Source of the DNA: Octopus sinensis
Taxonomy: Eukaryota
DNA: 64,000 nt
Assembly: GCF_006345805.1 (NCBI RefSeq)
Contig: NC_043004.1
Span: forward strand, 101,680,001 to 101,744,000
Reading direction: 5' to 3'
Part shown: positions 26,864-40,722 of the stretch, piece after piece
Layout: every line of letters begins with the position of its first letter
Position numbering within the stretch: the stretch's first letter is position 1
Notes under the pieces: model-generated
What the model was told of the DNA's origin: nothing
The model's input: only the letters and a program-made list of their open reading frames with translations
Database searches by the model: none
Position numbers and translations under genes: made by a program

Positions 26864-28174
26864 GTAAGTATAGAAATTTAAAATAACCTTTTTACCGAAA
26901 AATTAATATGCTATAACTCTATATATTGATTTGTAACATTGGTACAGAGCTACATATTATTGACAAGCGGGTATGGTATATTGAATCGATCTCAGCACTT
27001 GACTGGTACTTTGTTTTATCCACTCTTAAAGGATGAAAGCTAAATCTGACATCTGCAGGATTTGATCTCAGAAATTATAAGGTTGTAGCTTACTACTGCA
27101 ACGTATTTTGTCCGACGCTCTAACGATCATTCTAACCTATCATTTGCCATCCTAATACTTCTGTAAACTATAACAAAATCTTTCAATGGATGATAAACTT
27201 CATACATACATATATACAGGTATAATTGCATACATAAATACATACATATATACATACATGCAGACTTCAGTTTTTTGTCTGAACGTATATAGTTTTCACA
27301 GTCATCTTACCTTCATATGAAATAGCTGAGCTGTAAAAAGTTTTATGTGAATATTTTTCCGTATTTAATGATTAGATATATACTTCAGTATGTATGTGTA
27401 TACGATCACTTCGGCACTTGACGTGTGGCACACCGCACATCTGTAAAGGCAAAATCAGTTTAATGGAGTAAGTGAACTTATGTGCAGCACAAGCATTTGA
27501 TCACTATAAGCAAATCCTCTGTATAAAGTATTGAGCAAGAAATTGCAGAACCATTTTCCTTGGATCGAAAGATTATCATTAAATTAAGTATGTGTAAATG
27601 AGCCAAATAGCTCTTCTGTAAAGCTTCCTTCATATTGCATGTTTATGAAGTATGTACGATAACATACTCTTAAAAGAAAGGCAAAAATAGAAGAAATCTC
27701 AAGCTATGAATAATTATGAAATTTAATTACAGCTAAATCCTGTCGAAACTTTCCAAATCTATCAACATATCTTAAATTTGCGTCAATAGTAAATATACAA
27801 ATCCTCATGCTTAATGCTAAATAAAGAACAAGATCAGAGACAGGAATTTACAACCTTTGGTGAAAGAGTAAAGTATAACTCGGCGTACTGAAAATATATA
27901 ATGCTGAAGAGGCTGTCCTTCAAATATAATAAATAAATCAGACTAATATATGGCTTCAACGAAACAGAATATTAGTTCAAGAAGTTCAGAATTTATCGTT
28001 GGTATTTCATAACATTCAATGGAAAGTGTAAGGATTTCTGAAGATGTATCAACTACTTTCAATCTTATCAATAAATAAATAAAGCTAAAATTGTTCACTT
28101 GACTGTCTTCCAGTACATTTTCTTTATGATTTTGATTAGCTGTCCCGAAGTGTTTTCTCTATATAATTGTACCT

Positions 28175-28567
28175 ACTCTTTTACTTGTTTCAGTCATTTG
28201 ACTGCGGCCATGCTGGAGCACCGCCTTTAGTTGAACAAATCGACCCCGGGACTTATTCTTTGTAAGCCCAGTACTTATTCTATCGGTCTCTTTTGCCGAA
28301 CAGCATCGGTTGTCAAGCAATGCTAGGGGGACAAACACAGACACACAAACACACACACACACACACACACACCACACACATATATATATATATGCATATA
28401 TACGACAGGCTTCTTTCAGTTTCCGTTTACCAAATCCACTCACAAGGTATTGGTCGGCCCGGGGCTATAGCAGAAGACACTTGCCCAAGATGCCACGCAG
28501 TTGGACTGAACCCGGAACCATGTGGTTGGTTAGCAAGCTACTTACCACACAGCCACTCCTGCGCCTA
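28175..28567 (-). mobile_element. SINE family A with internal deletion
   Basis: Reverse complement of the family A sequence. Confidence 0.85.
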
Positions 28568-29693
28568 TGAGTATATATATTTCGTAGATATATTAACAAA
28601 ATAATACAAGATAAAAGACAGGAAATAAACTCAAGAAAATAGTGTCCGGTCTCAAAATACCATTAATTATCTCGTTTACTATCCTGTGATTCTGCTTATT
28701 CAAAGCAACCGACAACCCACAAGCTGACCTTTGCACATATATGATTTAACGTATTACTGAATGCACTATGGAGCTCCTGCAAGCCCGTATAATCAAATTA
28801 AATCTGTCTTTTCTGCAATTCTAAATGTATTATTTTACATCTACAAGATAATTTAACATTATGAGCAAGTTGAGAATAATTATAAAATTAAACTCGATTA
28901 AAATTTGTCGATATTTCTAAAGCCATCATCTTACATCTTCAATTTATATATACGTTAATTATTAATATTTAAATTCATTATAACCAACCACTGATATAAT
29001 TAAAGTACCTCTTATGGTTGAACTGTTAATTTTTTTCTGGTTATTTATTTTGAGTAAACTTTTTTTATAATTTTTTTCGTCCGTTTGAAATTCGAAACTC
29101 AGAATATGAATGTATCGTTTTAAAAGGAAGTCACTAGAGAATATAAAATCGAATTCAGTCAAAAATAAAAAAAAATAAAATTGAAATTAATAATCTTGAT
29201 AGCACGCCGCCACATCTACATTATTTCGTTGGTTGTGATAAAAACTAGTTCTGTATTGATTATTTGACATCATCCAAAATATTCTAAAAGGAATATTTTC
29301 TGGTTATTTATTTATTTTAAATATTTAAAAAATTCTTATTTATTTTTCTCCATTTATGTCCGCTTGAATATTTAAATTTTGAATATGTGTTTTGACTTAA
29401 ATCAAATTCACAAGAGAATGTGAAATCGAATTCCGTCGAAAAAGTTTTAAAGATTGTTGCTGAAATTCGGAATGGAACGGAAAAATCAATAACTTCAGTT
29501 GTTTAAATATGTTCTCGATTAATGTTTGTATTTTAAATTTTATATATTCATGTCTTCAATTAACTCTTACCAGATAAAATTTGTTTTATGAAAATATTAG
29601 CTAAATGAAACTAGTATTTTAAACTGAAAATAATATCTTGATAGTTAATATTGTTTTTCTAAAGATATTTCCGCTTTGTTTTCTAATATATAG

Positions 29694-29726
29694 GTGAAGA
29701 TCATGACGTTGACTGGCATGGAGATC
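29694..29726 (+). CDS. Micro-exon 5 (33 nt): (R)EDHDVDWHGD
   Basis: TTGTTTTCTAATATATAG acceptor, GTAAGT donor, phase 1-1. Confidence 0.85.
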
Positions 29727-30870
29727 GTAAGTAAAACAAACCTAGAATCATATTTTAATCGTGAAAAGTTAATATGTAACTTTCTATGTTAACTTCTGAC
29801 ATTTGTACAAGACTAGATATTTTCGATGAGAGAATAAAGTATATTGAATCGAAATCAATACTCGGCTAGCATTTTAACTTATTCCCTCCGGAAGAAAGAA
29901 AGAAAGCTAACATTGACATAGAAGAATTTCAACTTAGGACAAAGTAGGTATAGCTACTTATATTCTGTAAAGGATTTTATATGACGTTCCAACGATTCAG
30001 CAATAACGCTGTCTTAATAGCTATTTGTATTAAGGTACAATAAAACCCCTCAATGGGTGATAAACCTAATATATACAGATATTGGTAAGTGTAAATGTTA
30101 GTTTCAAGTTTGAACGCATATAATTGCTTTCATACCATAACATGAAATAGCTGCGCTGAAAAAAAGAAACGGTTACGATTCTATAGAAATATTGTTACGT
30201 AAGTATCTTAATATTACATACCCTTTAACATAAATCTATGAATAAGTTCATTAATCCTTTAGCAATAAATATTTTACGTATTTCATGTTATTTAAGTATG
30301 TTCGGTACATTTAATAACTCGAAACACAAAAAACAAGTTGAGAATAATTATAAAATTAAACTCGATTAAAATTTGTCGATATTTCTAAAGCCATCATCTT
30401 ACATCTTCAATTTATATATACGTTAAATATTAATATTTAAATTCATTATAACCAACCACTGATATAATTAAAGTACCTCTTATATTTGAACTGTTAAGTT
30501 TTTTCTGGTTATTTATTTTGAGTAATCTTTTTTTTATAATTTTTTTTTCGTCCGTTTGAAATTCGAAACTCAGAATATGAATGTATCGTTTTAAAAGGAA
30601 GTCACTAGAGAATATAAAATAAAATTGAAATTCAAAATGAAATTAATAAAATAAATAATTTCAGTTGATTAAATATTCACTTTTGCTTTCTTTTCGCATT
30701 TTAAGTTCTGTATATTCATTTCTTACAATTGAACTAAAAAAAATCGGCATGTGACAATTGCTAAATGTATCTCATACTTTAGTCTTCTAATCCAGAATAA
30801 ACTAAAAATAATGTCCTGACAGGGAATTATTCTCTTCTAAATATATTTTGCTTTGTTTTATAATATACAG

Positions 30871-30951
30871 ATGGACATCATGGCAAACACTGGCCTGGAT
30901 ATCCCGACAAACACTGGCCTGGATATCCTGACAAACACTGGCCTGGACATC
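30871..30951 (+). CDS. Micro-exon 6 (81 nt): (H)GHHGKHWPGYPDKHWPGYPDKHWPGH
   Basis: TTGTTTTATAATATACAG acceptor, GTAAGT donor; a 33-nt module plus two internal 24-nt repeats. Confidence 0.85.
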
Positions 30952-31954
30952 GTAAGTGCATCTAAAATAACATTTTTACTACAGGATCCAATATGTGATA
31001 TTTCTATGTATTGATATCTAATACTATTAAAAGGCTAATTTTTGTATACGGAAGGGTATAGCATATACTTGGCTGGAACTATATTTTATCCATTCGGGAA
31101 AGTTGAGAACCAAAATTGACGTCAGCGGAATTTGATCGGAAAGCAGAAAAGTTGATATATAATTAATTACTGGACGATATTTTGTCCAATTCTTCGCCTC
31201 TATAGAACTATCTATTAAACTGCAACAAAATATTTCAGTAGGTAATAAATTTTACACACACACGCGCACACACACATACACACAAACACACATACATACA
31301 TACATGCACATACACACACACACAGTGAATGCAGACTTCAGCTCAATTGAACGCATATAATTATTGCTTTCATAAAGGCAGCATAAGAAACTTTTGAGCG
31401 ACAAAATACTGTTATGATTATAGTTTTGCGTATATAAATATTATATATTACTTTAGCATAGATGTATAAATAAGCCAAATTAATTTCGATAAGGAACTAC
31501 TCGCACTGCATGCTTATGCAGTATGTCAATACAATACAATAAAACATAAAAGGAAAGGAAACTCAAGCTATGAATTACTATAATTTAGACTTCGTTGAAC
31601 TATCGAACACTGCCAACATATATATTAAATTAAATACACGTCAATAGTAAAGAGATAATATCGCCACGGTTGGTTGAGATATGATCGAAATCTGAGCATA
31701 AACGTCAAAGTTTTGTGCAGAAACCAAAATACCTCTAGAATATCAAAATGGAAAAGTTAAATCCTAATTACCGTTAGTCAAGTTTAAGCTATAAATTGAA
31801 CGATGAAATATTATTTATAAGAAAAAAAGTTACAAATTCCTGTAATTTTGATGTGTAACGATGATATCATGTCCAGAAAACAAAGGGAATTAAAAATTAG
31901 TGATAAAATTTGAAACACTAAATTATAAACTACATAAAAAACAAGAACTTACAA

Positions 31955-32330
31955 GACGCAGGAGTGGCTGTGTGGTAAGTAGCTTGCTAACCAACCACAT
32001 GGTTCTGGGTTCAGTCCCACTGCGTGGCATCTTGGGCAAGTGTCTTCTGCTATATGCCTTGTGAGTGGATTTGGTTGACGGAAACTGAAAGAAGCCTGTT
32101 GTATATATGTATATATATATATGTGTGTGCATTTGTGTACCCCTAGCATTGCTTGACAACTGATGCTGGTGTGTTTACGTCTCCGTCACTTAGCGGTTCG
32201 GCAAAAGAGACCGATAGAATAAGTACTGGGCTTACAAAGAATAAGTCCCGGGGTCGAGTTGCTCGATTAAAGGCGGTGCTCCAGCATGGCCGCAGTCAAA
32301 TGACTGAAACAAGTAAAAGAGTAAAGAGTA
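31955..32330 (+). mobile_element. SINE family A
   Basis: Family A head and tail. Confidence 0.85.
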
Positions 32331-33009
32331 TAGTCGAAAAGGTAGAATACAAATCAATGTATTACGAAAGCAAAACGCTAAAGAAACTATCTCCATTGTT
32401 AAAAATTAGTCAGACGTATTGTTCCAACGTAAACCGGATTCAAGAAGCTAAGGATTTATCACCTTGGAATGAAAGAAGATTTCTTGAAATATTTTCAAAC
32501 AGTTGTCTAATTCCTGTACTTTTATTAAAATTAACCAAACCGATGAAACTAAATAACATGATCGAACACTATTTATGTATTATAAACTGATTATCTCAAA
32601 ATCTCATGAAATCATTGTTTCCTGTTATATCATGGCATCTCAGTAAACCGAAAGGGAAAAAGTACGGGGATGTACATCGCAGCTACATATTAACAAAATG
32701 TCGCATGATAAAAGCCTTGTACACAAACACAATAACTCGTTTGTAAAATGATTGGGCAACCAGAAAGCTGGGGTTGATTGTCAAAGCTTTACGACTAGCC
32801 AAAGTCTACATAATACTTTTTTTTTTATCAAACTTGATGCGGAGTACATCAGATGTGCAGTGTCATTTCTCTATATATTCTATGATATGATGACGACCTT
32901 TTTTGCTCTGAATTAGCTTGTTACATGCTACCAACTCCCAGACAAACCAGTCTCAGCGTCTAGCTTTCAGCTCTTAAGATTTTGTAATTCTCTTTCCGTA
33001 GTTGATCTG

Positions 33010-33395
33010 TGGAAGCACTCCGTCGGTTACGACGACGAGGGTTCCGGTTGATCCGAATCAACGGAACAGCCTGCTCGTGAAATTAACGTGGAAGTGGCTG
33101 AGCACTCCACAGACACGTGCACCCTTAACGTAGTTCTCGGGGATATTCAGTGTGACACAGAGAGTGACAAGGCCGGCCCTTTGAAATACAGGTACAACAG
33201 AAACAGGAAGTAAGAGTGAGAGAAAGTTGTGGTGAAAGAGTACAGCAGGGATGACCACCATCCCCTGCCGGAGCCTCGTGGAGCTTTTAGGTGTTTTCGC
33301 TCAATAAACACTCACAACACCCGGTCTGGGAATCGAAACCGCGATCCTATGACCGTGAGTCCACTGTCCTAACCACTGGGCCACTGCACCTCCAC
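33010..33395 (-). mobile_element. SINE family B subfamily
   Basis: Near reverse complement of 62737-63120. Confidence 0.85.
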
Positions 33396-33647
33396 AGTTG
33401 ATCTACAGATGTTCAAACTGAACATCATCAACACTGATCTCACTTGGCTCACAAATAAAATATCTTAACCTAAGACATCTATTATGTGCTGCGGAATATG
33501 AGATAATTTCACTTATGTCTCGATACCCTCGGTATAGAATATTGACATCGCAACAAATTACATTCTCTGCAATATTTCCTTACGTTTTTGAACTTGCTGG
33601 ACTTCAAATCCCGAGGGGCTCAGGTTTGTGGTTCACCTTCGGGATTC

Positions 33648-33885
33648 GATAATATTAATTTCAAATTTTAACACAAGGTCAGCAATTTTGGGAGAGGGGT
33701 AAGTTGATTACATCAACCCCAGTATCCAACTGGTACTTTTTTTTATCTGGTACTATTTTCATCGTCCTCGAAAGGATGAAAAGTAAAGTCGACCTCGACG
33801 GAATTTGAACTCAGAATGTAAAGACGGACGAAATGCCGCTAATCATTTTGTTCGGCGTGCTAACGATTCTGCCATCTCGCCCCTT
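33648..33885 (-). mobile_element. SINE family C, diverged
   Basis: AAAGTCGACCTCGACGGAATTTGAACTCAGAA core. Confidence 0.75.
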
Positions 33886-34882
33886 TAGGGTTCGATAATA
33901 TTAGAATCAATCTAGTTCTAAGTTGATTCGATTATAATCTCGCCTTCCACCTCACCTCAACCAAATCGACCATTATTTCCCCAAATTATTTCTGATGTAG
34001 GCAGAAGGCCTCACATTTTTGAGGAAAGGTATTGTCTATCGTGTCGACTTTAATTCTCGGTTGGTACTTATTTTATTAATTTCTTGAGAATGAAAGGCTA
34101 AATCAGCCTTTTTAGGGTTTCGAAGAACTGTAAATTATTTTGTCCCCCAATATCTGATTTTAATAATTCAGAACCATTTTTAAGGCAATAGCTCGTTTTT
34201 AAGCATTTATATATCACTTAATCAGAAGACAGGCTTCTAATTACGCTATAGAGCGTCTATAAATCTATACATTTAAGTTTGATCTATTTCTATGTATTTT
34301 ATACAACTATTACTTGTGCCATTTTACTTCTACAAGATAATATCTGTCTCTAGCGCTATGAGAATAAACTATCCAATTAATAGTCGCGATAGTAAGGACA
34401 TCGATTCTTAGGTTGTGATGTAAAATATGTCATGATATCAATTTTCTTTGTGCTTATTTTACATATTTCAAGATATTCTAAACAGAATAATTTCTGTTTA
34501 TTTATGCCTTTTTGGGGTGAGCAAATCACAGATTTTTTTTAATTTCTTTCTCGTTTGAAACTTGAAATTTAGAAAAAGAAGCTTTGTCTTAAAACCGAAA
34601 TCGTGAATGCATGTGAAATAAATTTGAAAATTTTAAAGATCTCACAACTGAATTTCGGAATGAAATCGAAGAAAACAAAATTTTATTTGTTTCAATATTA
34701 AGTGTCCATGAGTGTTCGTATTTTAAATTCAGCTATCAAATTTCTTTCCAACTGACTCTCCCTATACAAAATTGTTATATGAAAAGATGGGTTTTTTTTG
34801 AATGTCAAACTTTAGACAGATTCTTGAGAATAATGTCCTGATTGGTAACTCTTTTCTCTTAATAAAATTTTGTTTTATGCAG

Positions 34883-34915
34883 ATGGACACCATGGCCAAC
34901 ACTTACATGGACATC
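34883..34915 (+). CDS. Micro-exon 7 (33 nt): (H)GHHGQHLHGH
   Basis: TTTTGTTTTATGCAG acceptor, GTAATT donor; paralogous to exon 6. Confidence 0.8.
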
Positions 34916-34990
34916 GTAATTATACACATATAAAATAGCATTTTAACCACGATGATATTATCTATGAGTTGTAGACCGAATGCTTCAATA

Positions 34991-35293
34991 TCTTTATATA
35001 TAAAAGTGAAGTTGTGTGAGTGTCTGTCTCCTACGATTTAGATTCCTAACTACTCCCACATTTTGCGGTGCAGTTTAACCAAAAGCGGGTATCTTATAGT
35101 CGTGATTTATATCGAGCCCTTCTGGGTATTAGCGCGCGTCTACGATGAGTCTACGATTTAAAAAAAAGTTTACCATCATTTTTGCCCATTTTTAATGCAT
35201 TTTTTTGCTATTATATAAGAGAAGTAACTCTCTAAAAATGCTTATATAGTTATTTCCCTTACAAACCCGAGCAACGCCGGGCGATACTGCTAG
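34991..35293 (+). mobile_element. Non-autonomous Helitron
   Basis: A|TCTTTATATATAA...CGCCGGGCGATACTGCTAG|T. Confidence 0.85.
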
Positions 35294-36326
35294 TATTTTA
35301 TAAAATAATTATGATTTCTGTCGTATAAAAATAACACCTCAATGTAAATTGAAGGCAATTAAGAAGTATGAGACGGTATATCGCAGCAGCTATTTTGTAG
35401 CAAAATGATAAAAAGGCTGTAACTTAATGAAGAAATCTATCTATAGTGGACCACCAGAAAGCTGAAGTTGATTAACGAAGCTTTACTACTTGCCAAATTT
35501 CTAAAGCTATTTCTTAAGAAGGAAAAAGCAGCCTAGAAATATCCACTGTAAAGCAGTGTCAACAATATTCCTTTACAACAGCCAATAAGCTACAAATATG
35601 CAGTGCCCCTTTCTCTGCAGTTTCTATTAATGCGATAACTGCCTTCATTGCTATAAATTACTTAGTTGCGTACCACATTCCACTAGATGAACTTCTCTCA
35701 ATCATTTCTTCTGCTGGCAACCTTCTGCAGTTCTCTTCCTAAGCATATTTTCCGGCACTTATAGATACACACATGTTAAAGCTGATCATCACCTGCATTG
35801 ATCTCACCATACTTGTAAAGTCCCACCTCCAGACTTAGAGATAAAATATCATAAACCCAAACACAGCGGGATGATTGAAGTCATTTCACATGCGTTTTTG
35901 ACGGTTTTGGGGGATAGGTTAAGCACACTATGCTACTTTTTCCCCCCATTTAATACAGCACTTTTGTGCTCATATAAGAAGAAATTAATTCTATTACTAA
36001 CATTTGCACGGCAGAGTGGCATAGCAACAGAAAACTGGTTACATATTCAACATTGCTTCCTTATGCCATTAACTTTGTCTTCAAATTTCACTGGTTTCTT
36101 GTATGCCTTTCATCTTCTGGGTTTGATAACATTAGAACCGATCTAGCACTAGATCAATTAAATCAAACGTAAAATTGCCCCTAAATCTCTCACCCTTTTT
36201 CAAAATTTATTTCTAACATAATCACAAAGCCACACATTTATTTCCATCTCCCAGAATCAAATGAAAATAATATACCACAAGTAATTATTTTCTTCTAAAT
36301 ATATTTCACTTTGTTTTATAATATAG

Positions 36327-36345
36327 GAACCCTGGCATAAATCTC
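36327..36345 (+). pseudogene. Dead copy of the exon 8-type micro-exon
   Basis: Same flanks as exon 8, but a deletion removes CAGCTGGACAC, the donor is ATAAGT instead of GTAAGT and the length is 19 nt. Confidence 0.75.
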
Positions 36346-36863
36346 ATAAGTATACCAAACTAGAATTATAATTTATCTGCGAAGACTTAATGTGCGGTTC
36401 CATTAAATTAATCTGTGGCGTCAAATGTCATGCACTATTTCGTAATCATAGTTTTTCTATGTCGATTACTTGATAAAATCCAAATGATCCCAAACAAAGT
36501 AATGTATTTCCAACTGTTTTAAAAGTAATTTTTATATTTTAGTTTCACCTGTTTGAAATTTGTTTCAAAATGATGAACGGATACCAAATAGGATACATTT
36601 GAATAATTAAAAGATTAATTGAGTTTTGAAATGGAATCGAAAAAATAAGTTTAGTTGTTTAAGTACTGGCTTCCAGTTTCCGTACCTTAAGTTCAATATT
36701 TAAAATCCTTTCAAACCGACTCTTCTCACAAAATTTCATCTACAAAAATATCAGTTGATCAAATCTTATAATTTATTTCCATCTCCCAGAATCAAATGAA
36801 AATAAAATATGAAAAGTAATTATTTTCTTCTAAAGATATTTCACTTTGTTTTATAATATACAG

Positions 36864-36896
36864 CTGGACACTATAGGAGGCGCTGGCATAGACGTC
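36864..36896 (+). CDS. Micro-exon 8 (33 nt): (P)GHYRRRWHRR
   Basis: TTGTTTTATAATATACAG acceptor, GTAAGT donor. Confidence 0.85.
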
Positions 36897-37973
36897 GTAA
36901 GTATACCGATCTAGAATTATATTTTATCTGCGATGAGTTAATGTGTGGTTGCATTAAATTAATCTCTAAAATTGGTATAAATTCAATTAAAAAAAATGTT
37001 CTTGTATGCCTTAATCTTCTGGGTTTGATAACACTAGAACCGATCTAGCACTAGGTTGATTAAATCAAACAGAAAATTGCCCCTAAATCTCTCATCCTTT
37101 TCCAAAATTTATTTCTAACATAAGCACAAAGCCACGCATTGTTTTTTGGGAAATGTATTGCTTATCAATTAGTCACAATACTTGGTATGTTTATATATTT
37201 CGTGGAATCTGTAAGAAGGAAACGCAAAGCCATCTTTGGTGGGTTTCGAAATACTACAAGTTACTTTGTCTACTGCTCTTTGATTCTCGTTATTCACAAC
37301 ACATCTCAATCTCCTAACGACACTCTTAAAACGTGTAGATCACTCAGCAGGTAATAATACAATAGAGCGCTAGTAGGTCCATACAATTAAATTAGATATA
37401 TAAATCTTTCTACTGCTTTAACGGCCCTATTTTACATTTACAACATATGTTGATGACTTTACAGTGTGACAATTGAGAATCCTGTTATTACTCATTGCAA
37501 GATGTCCTACATTATTTCGGTGGCTGTGGCGTCAAATGTCACACACTATTTCGTAATCATAGTTTTTCTACATCGATTACTTGATAAAATCCAAATGATC
37601 TCAAACAAAGTAATGTATATCCAAATGTTTTAAAAGTAATTTTTGTATCATATTTTCACCTGTTTGAAATTCGTTTCAAAATTATTAATAAATGGCAAAT
37701 AGAATACATTTGATTAATTAAAAGATTAATTGAATTTTGGAATGAAATTGAAGAAATAAGTTTAATTTTTAAGTACTGGCTTCCAGTTTCCGTACTTATA
37801 GTTCAATATTTAAAATTCTTTCAAACCGACTCTTCTCACAAAATTTCATCTACAAAAATATCAGTTGATCAAATCTTATAATTTATTTCCATCTCCCAGA
37901 ATCAAATGAAAATAAAATATGAAAAGTAATTATTTTCTTCTAAAGATATTTCACTTTGTTTTATAATATACAG

Positions 37974-38006
37974 CTGGACACTATAGGAAGCGCTGGCATA
38001 GACGTC
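37974..38006 (+). CDS. Micro-exon 9 (33 nt): (P)GHYRKRWHRR
   Basis: Duplicate of exon 8, 1110 bp downstream. Confidence 0.85.
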
Positions 38007-38234
38007 GTAAGTATAACAATCTAGAATTATATTTTATCTGCGATGAGTTAATGTGTGGTTGCATTAAATTAATCTCTAAAATTGGTATAAATTCAATTTT
38101 TAAAAAAATTTTCTTGTATGCCTTTCATCTTCTGGGTTTGATAACACTAGAACCGATCTAGCACTAGGTTGATTAAATCAAACAGAAAATTGCCCCTAAA
38201 TCTCTCACCCTTTCTCAAAATTTATTTCTAACAT

Positions 38235-38663
38235 GTCTGGAAGATCCCGGAAGGAATTGTGCCAAATTTTGGCATTGTAAGCTACACCAATGCTAGAACG
38301 GGACGACACTGCATAGTGCCAAAGATCCCAGCAATGCCATCACGCTTCAGGACCAGCTTCTGCAACAGCCTGGGTTTCAAGGGCCCACAGCTTTTTAATA
38401 TTCTCCCAAAGAGTCTGAGGAACTTGCACCAAGTAGATGTAGCCGTTTTTAAATCAAAGCTGGACATCTTCCTGTCAAGAGTCCCAGATGAACCTACCTC
38501 ACGGCAAGAGGTGCAAATGAGAGTAGCTGTATCAAACTCCATTCTTCACCAAGTGCCACATATTAGACGAGGTTCGTCGCAATAACAGTGTAGCACAAAA
38601 CGGCGGTGCATCAGCATGGCCGCAGCTCTGAGCTGAAACTAGAAAAAAAAACAAAAAAAAAAA
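38235..38663 (+). mobile_element. 5'-truncated CR1/L2-group LINE with A-rich tail
   Basis: GPQLFNILPKSLRN..FKSKLDIFLSRVPDEP..SNSILHQ; the empty site is visible in the paralogous intron near 37120. Confidence 0.8.
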
Positions 38664-39512
38664 CACAAAGCCACGCATTGTTTTTTTGGGAAATGTATTG
38701 CTTATCAATTAGTCACAATACTTGGTATATTTATATTTCGTGGAATCTGTAAGAAGGAAACGCAAAGCCATCTTTGGTGGGTTTCGAAATACTACAAGTT
38801 ACTTTGTCCACCGCTCTTTGATTCTCGTTATTCACAACACATATCAATCTCCTAACGACACTCTTAAAACGTGTAGATCACTCAGCAGGTAATAATACAA
38901 TAGAGCGCTAGTAGGTCCATACAATTAAATTAGATATATAAATCTTTCTACTGCTTTTACGGCCCTATTTTACATTTACAACATATGTTGATGACTTTAC
39001 AGTGTGACAATTGAGCATCCTGTTATTACTCATTGCAAGATGTCCTACATTATTTCGGCGGCTGTGGCGTCAAATGTCACACATTATTTCGTAGTCATAA
39101 TTTTTCTACGTCGATTACTTGATAAAATCCAAATGATCTCAAACAAAGTAATGTATGTCCAACCGTTTTAAAAGTAATTTTTGTATTATATTTTCACCTG
39201 TTTGAAGTTCGTTTCAAAATTATTAATGAATGGCAAGTAGAATACATTTGATTAATTAAAAGATTAATTGAATTTTGGAATGAAATCGAAAAAATAAGTT
39301 TAGTTGTTTAAGTACTGGCTTCCAGTTTCCGTACTTATAGTTCAATATTTAAAATTCTTTCAAACCGACTCTTCTCACAAAATTTCATCTACAAAATTAT
39401 CAGTTCATCAAATCTTATAATTTATTTCCATCTCCCAGAATCAAATGAAAATAAAATACGAAAAGTAATAATTTTCTCCTAAAGATGTTTCACTTTGTTT
39501 TATAATATACAG

Positions 39513-39545
39513 CTGGACACTATAGGAAGCGCTGGCATAGACGTC
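39513..39545 (+). CDS. Micro-exon 10 (33 nt): (P)GHYRKRWHRR
   Basis: Identical to exon 9; spacing 1539 = 1110 + 429-bp LINE. Confidence 0.85.
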
Positions 39546-40384
39546 GTAAGTATAACAATCTAGAATTATGTTTTATCTGCGAAGAGTTAATGCGTGGTTG
39601 CATTAAGTTAATCTCTAAAATTGGTATAAATTCAATTACTTTTTTACGAGAGAGAAAAGTTTATTGAATCGACCTCAGTACATGAATGGTACAGTTGCCT
39701 TATCCATTCCGGAAGGACGAAATCCAGCACTAACATCGGCGAAATTTGATCTCAAGGAGTAACTATCTACTGTAATCATATTAGGTTATTTGACATAATC
39801 CAAAATATTTTAAATAGAATATTTCCTGCTCAGTTTTTAGTACTTAAAAAAAAATTGTACGTTCGAAATTTGAAAATCGGATCTATGGTAAATATTACCT
39901 ATGTTATTTCTTAGATAAAGAGATTATAAATTTTATCGCTTTCAGATGTAACAAAATTTAAGTGTTGCTGTATGAATACAAGCTATAAAGTACATAAAAA
40001 ATTTATTAAAATTATTAAGAATTGTTTGTATTACAATTAATTCACATATTTACAATTATTCAAAAATATATAATTGTTGTAATCTACTTAATCATAAATA
40101 CATAAATAATTTCTAAAACAAATACTAAATTACTTAGTTTATCGGAGGAAAAAACTGTAAGTAAAAGTTTAAACATTTATAAATAAATTAGCTATTAAGC
40201 CCCACCCCCAGAAATACGCGCTTGAAAATAAATGTTTTTTATTGCAATATGTCATTAAGTAAAATTATTCATATATTATTATTATCATTATTATTATTAC
40301 CATTAATTGATAAATTAAATGAATGTATTCATAAAGTATAATTTAGTATAATGAAGATAGCTTATTTGTAATCTATCACCGTGT

Positions 40385-40722
40385 GAAGGCGCGTGGCTCA
40401 GTGGTTAGAGCGTCGAGCTTACGATCGTGAGGTTGTGAGCTCGAATCCCGGACCGGGCTGCGTGTTGTGTTCTTGAGCAAGACACTTTATTTCACGTTGC
40501 TTCAGTTCACTCAGCTGTAGAAATGAGTTGCGACGTCACAGGTGCCAAGCTGTATCGGCCCTTGCCTTTCCCTTGGACAACATCGGTGATGTGGAGAGGG
40601 GAGGCCGGTATGCATGGGCGACTGCTGGTCTTCCATAAAACAACCTTGCCCAGACTTGTGCCTCAGAGGGTAACTCTCTAGGTGCAAACCCATGGTCAGT
40701 GTCTGACCGATGGGGGTCACCA
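40385..40722 (+). mobile_element. SINE family B-related (same head, different 3' part)
   Basis: GGCGCGTGGCTCAGTGGTTAGAGC head and TTCTTGAGCAAGACACT core. Confidence 0.75.

Noticed and set aside
26828-39545. CRISPR-like spaced short repeats
   Set aside because: The repeats are 33-nt exons with splice signals about 1 kb or more apart in eukaryotic DNA; no cas genes.
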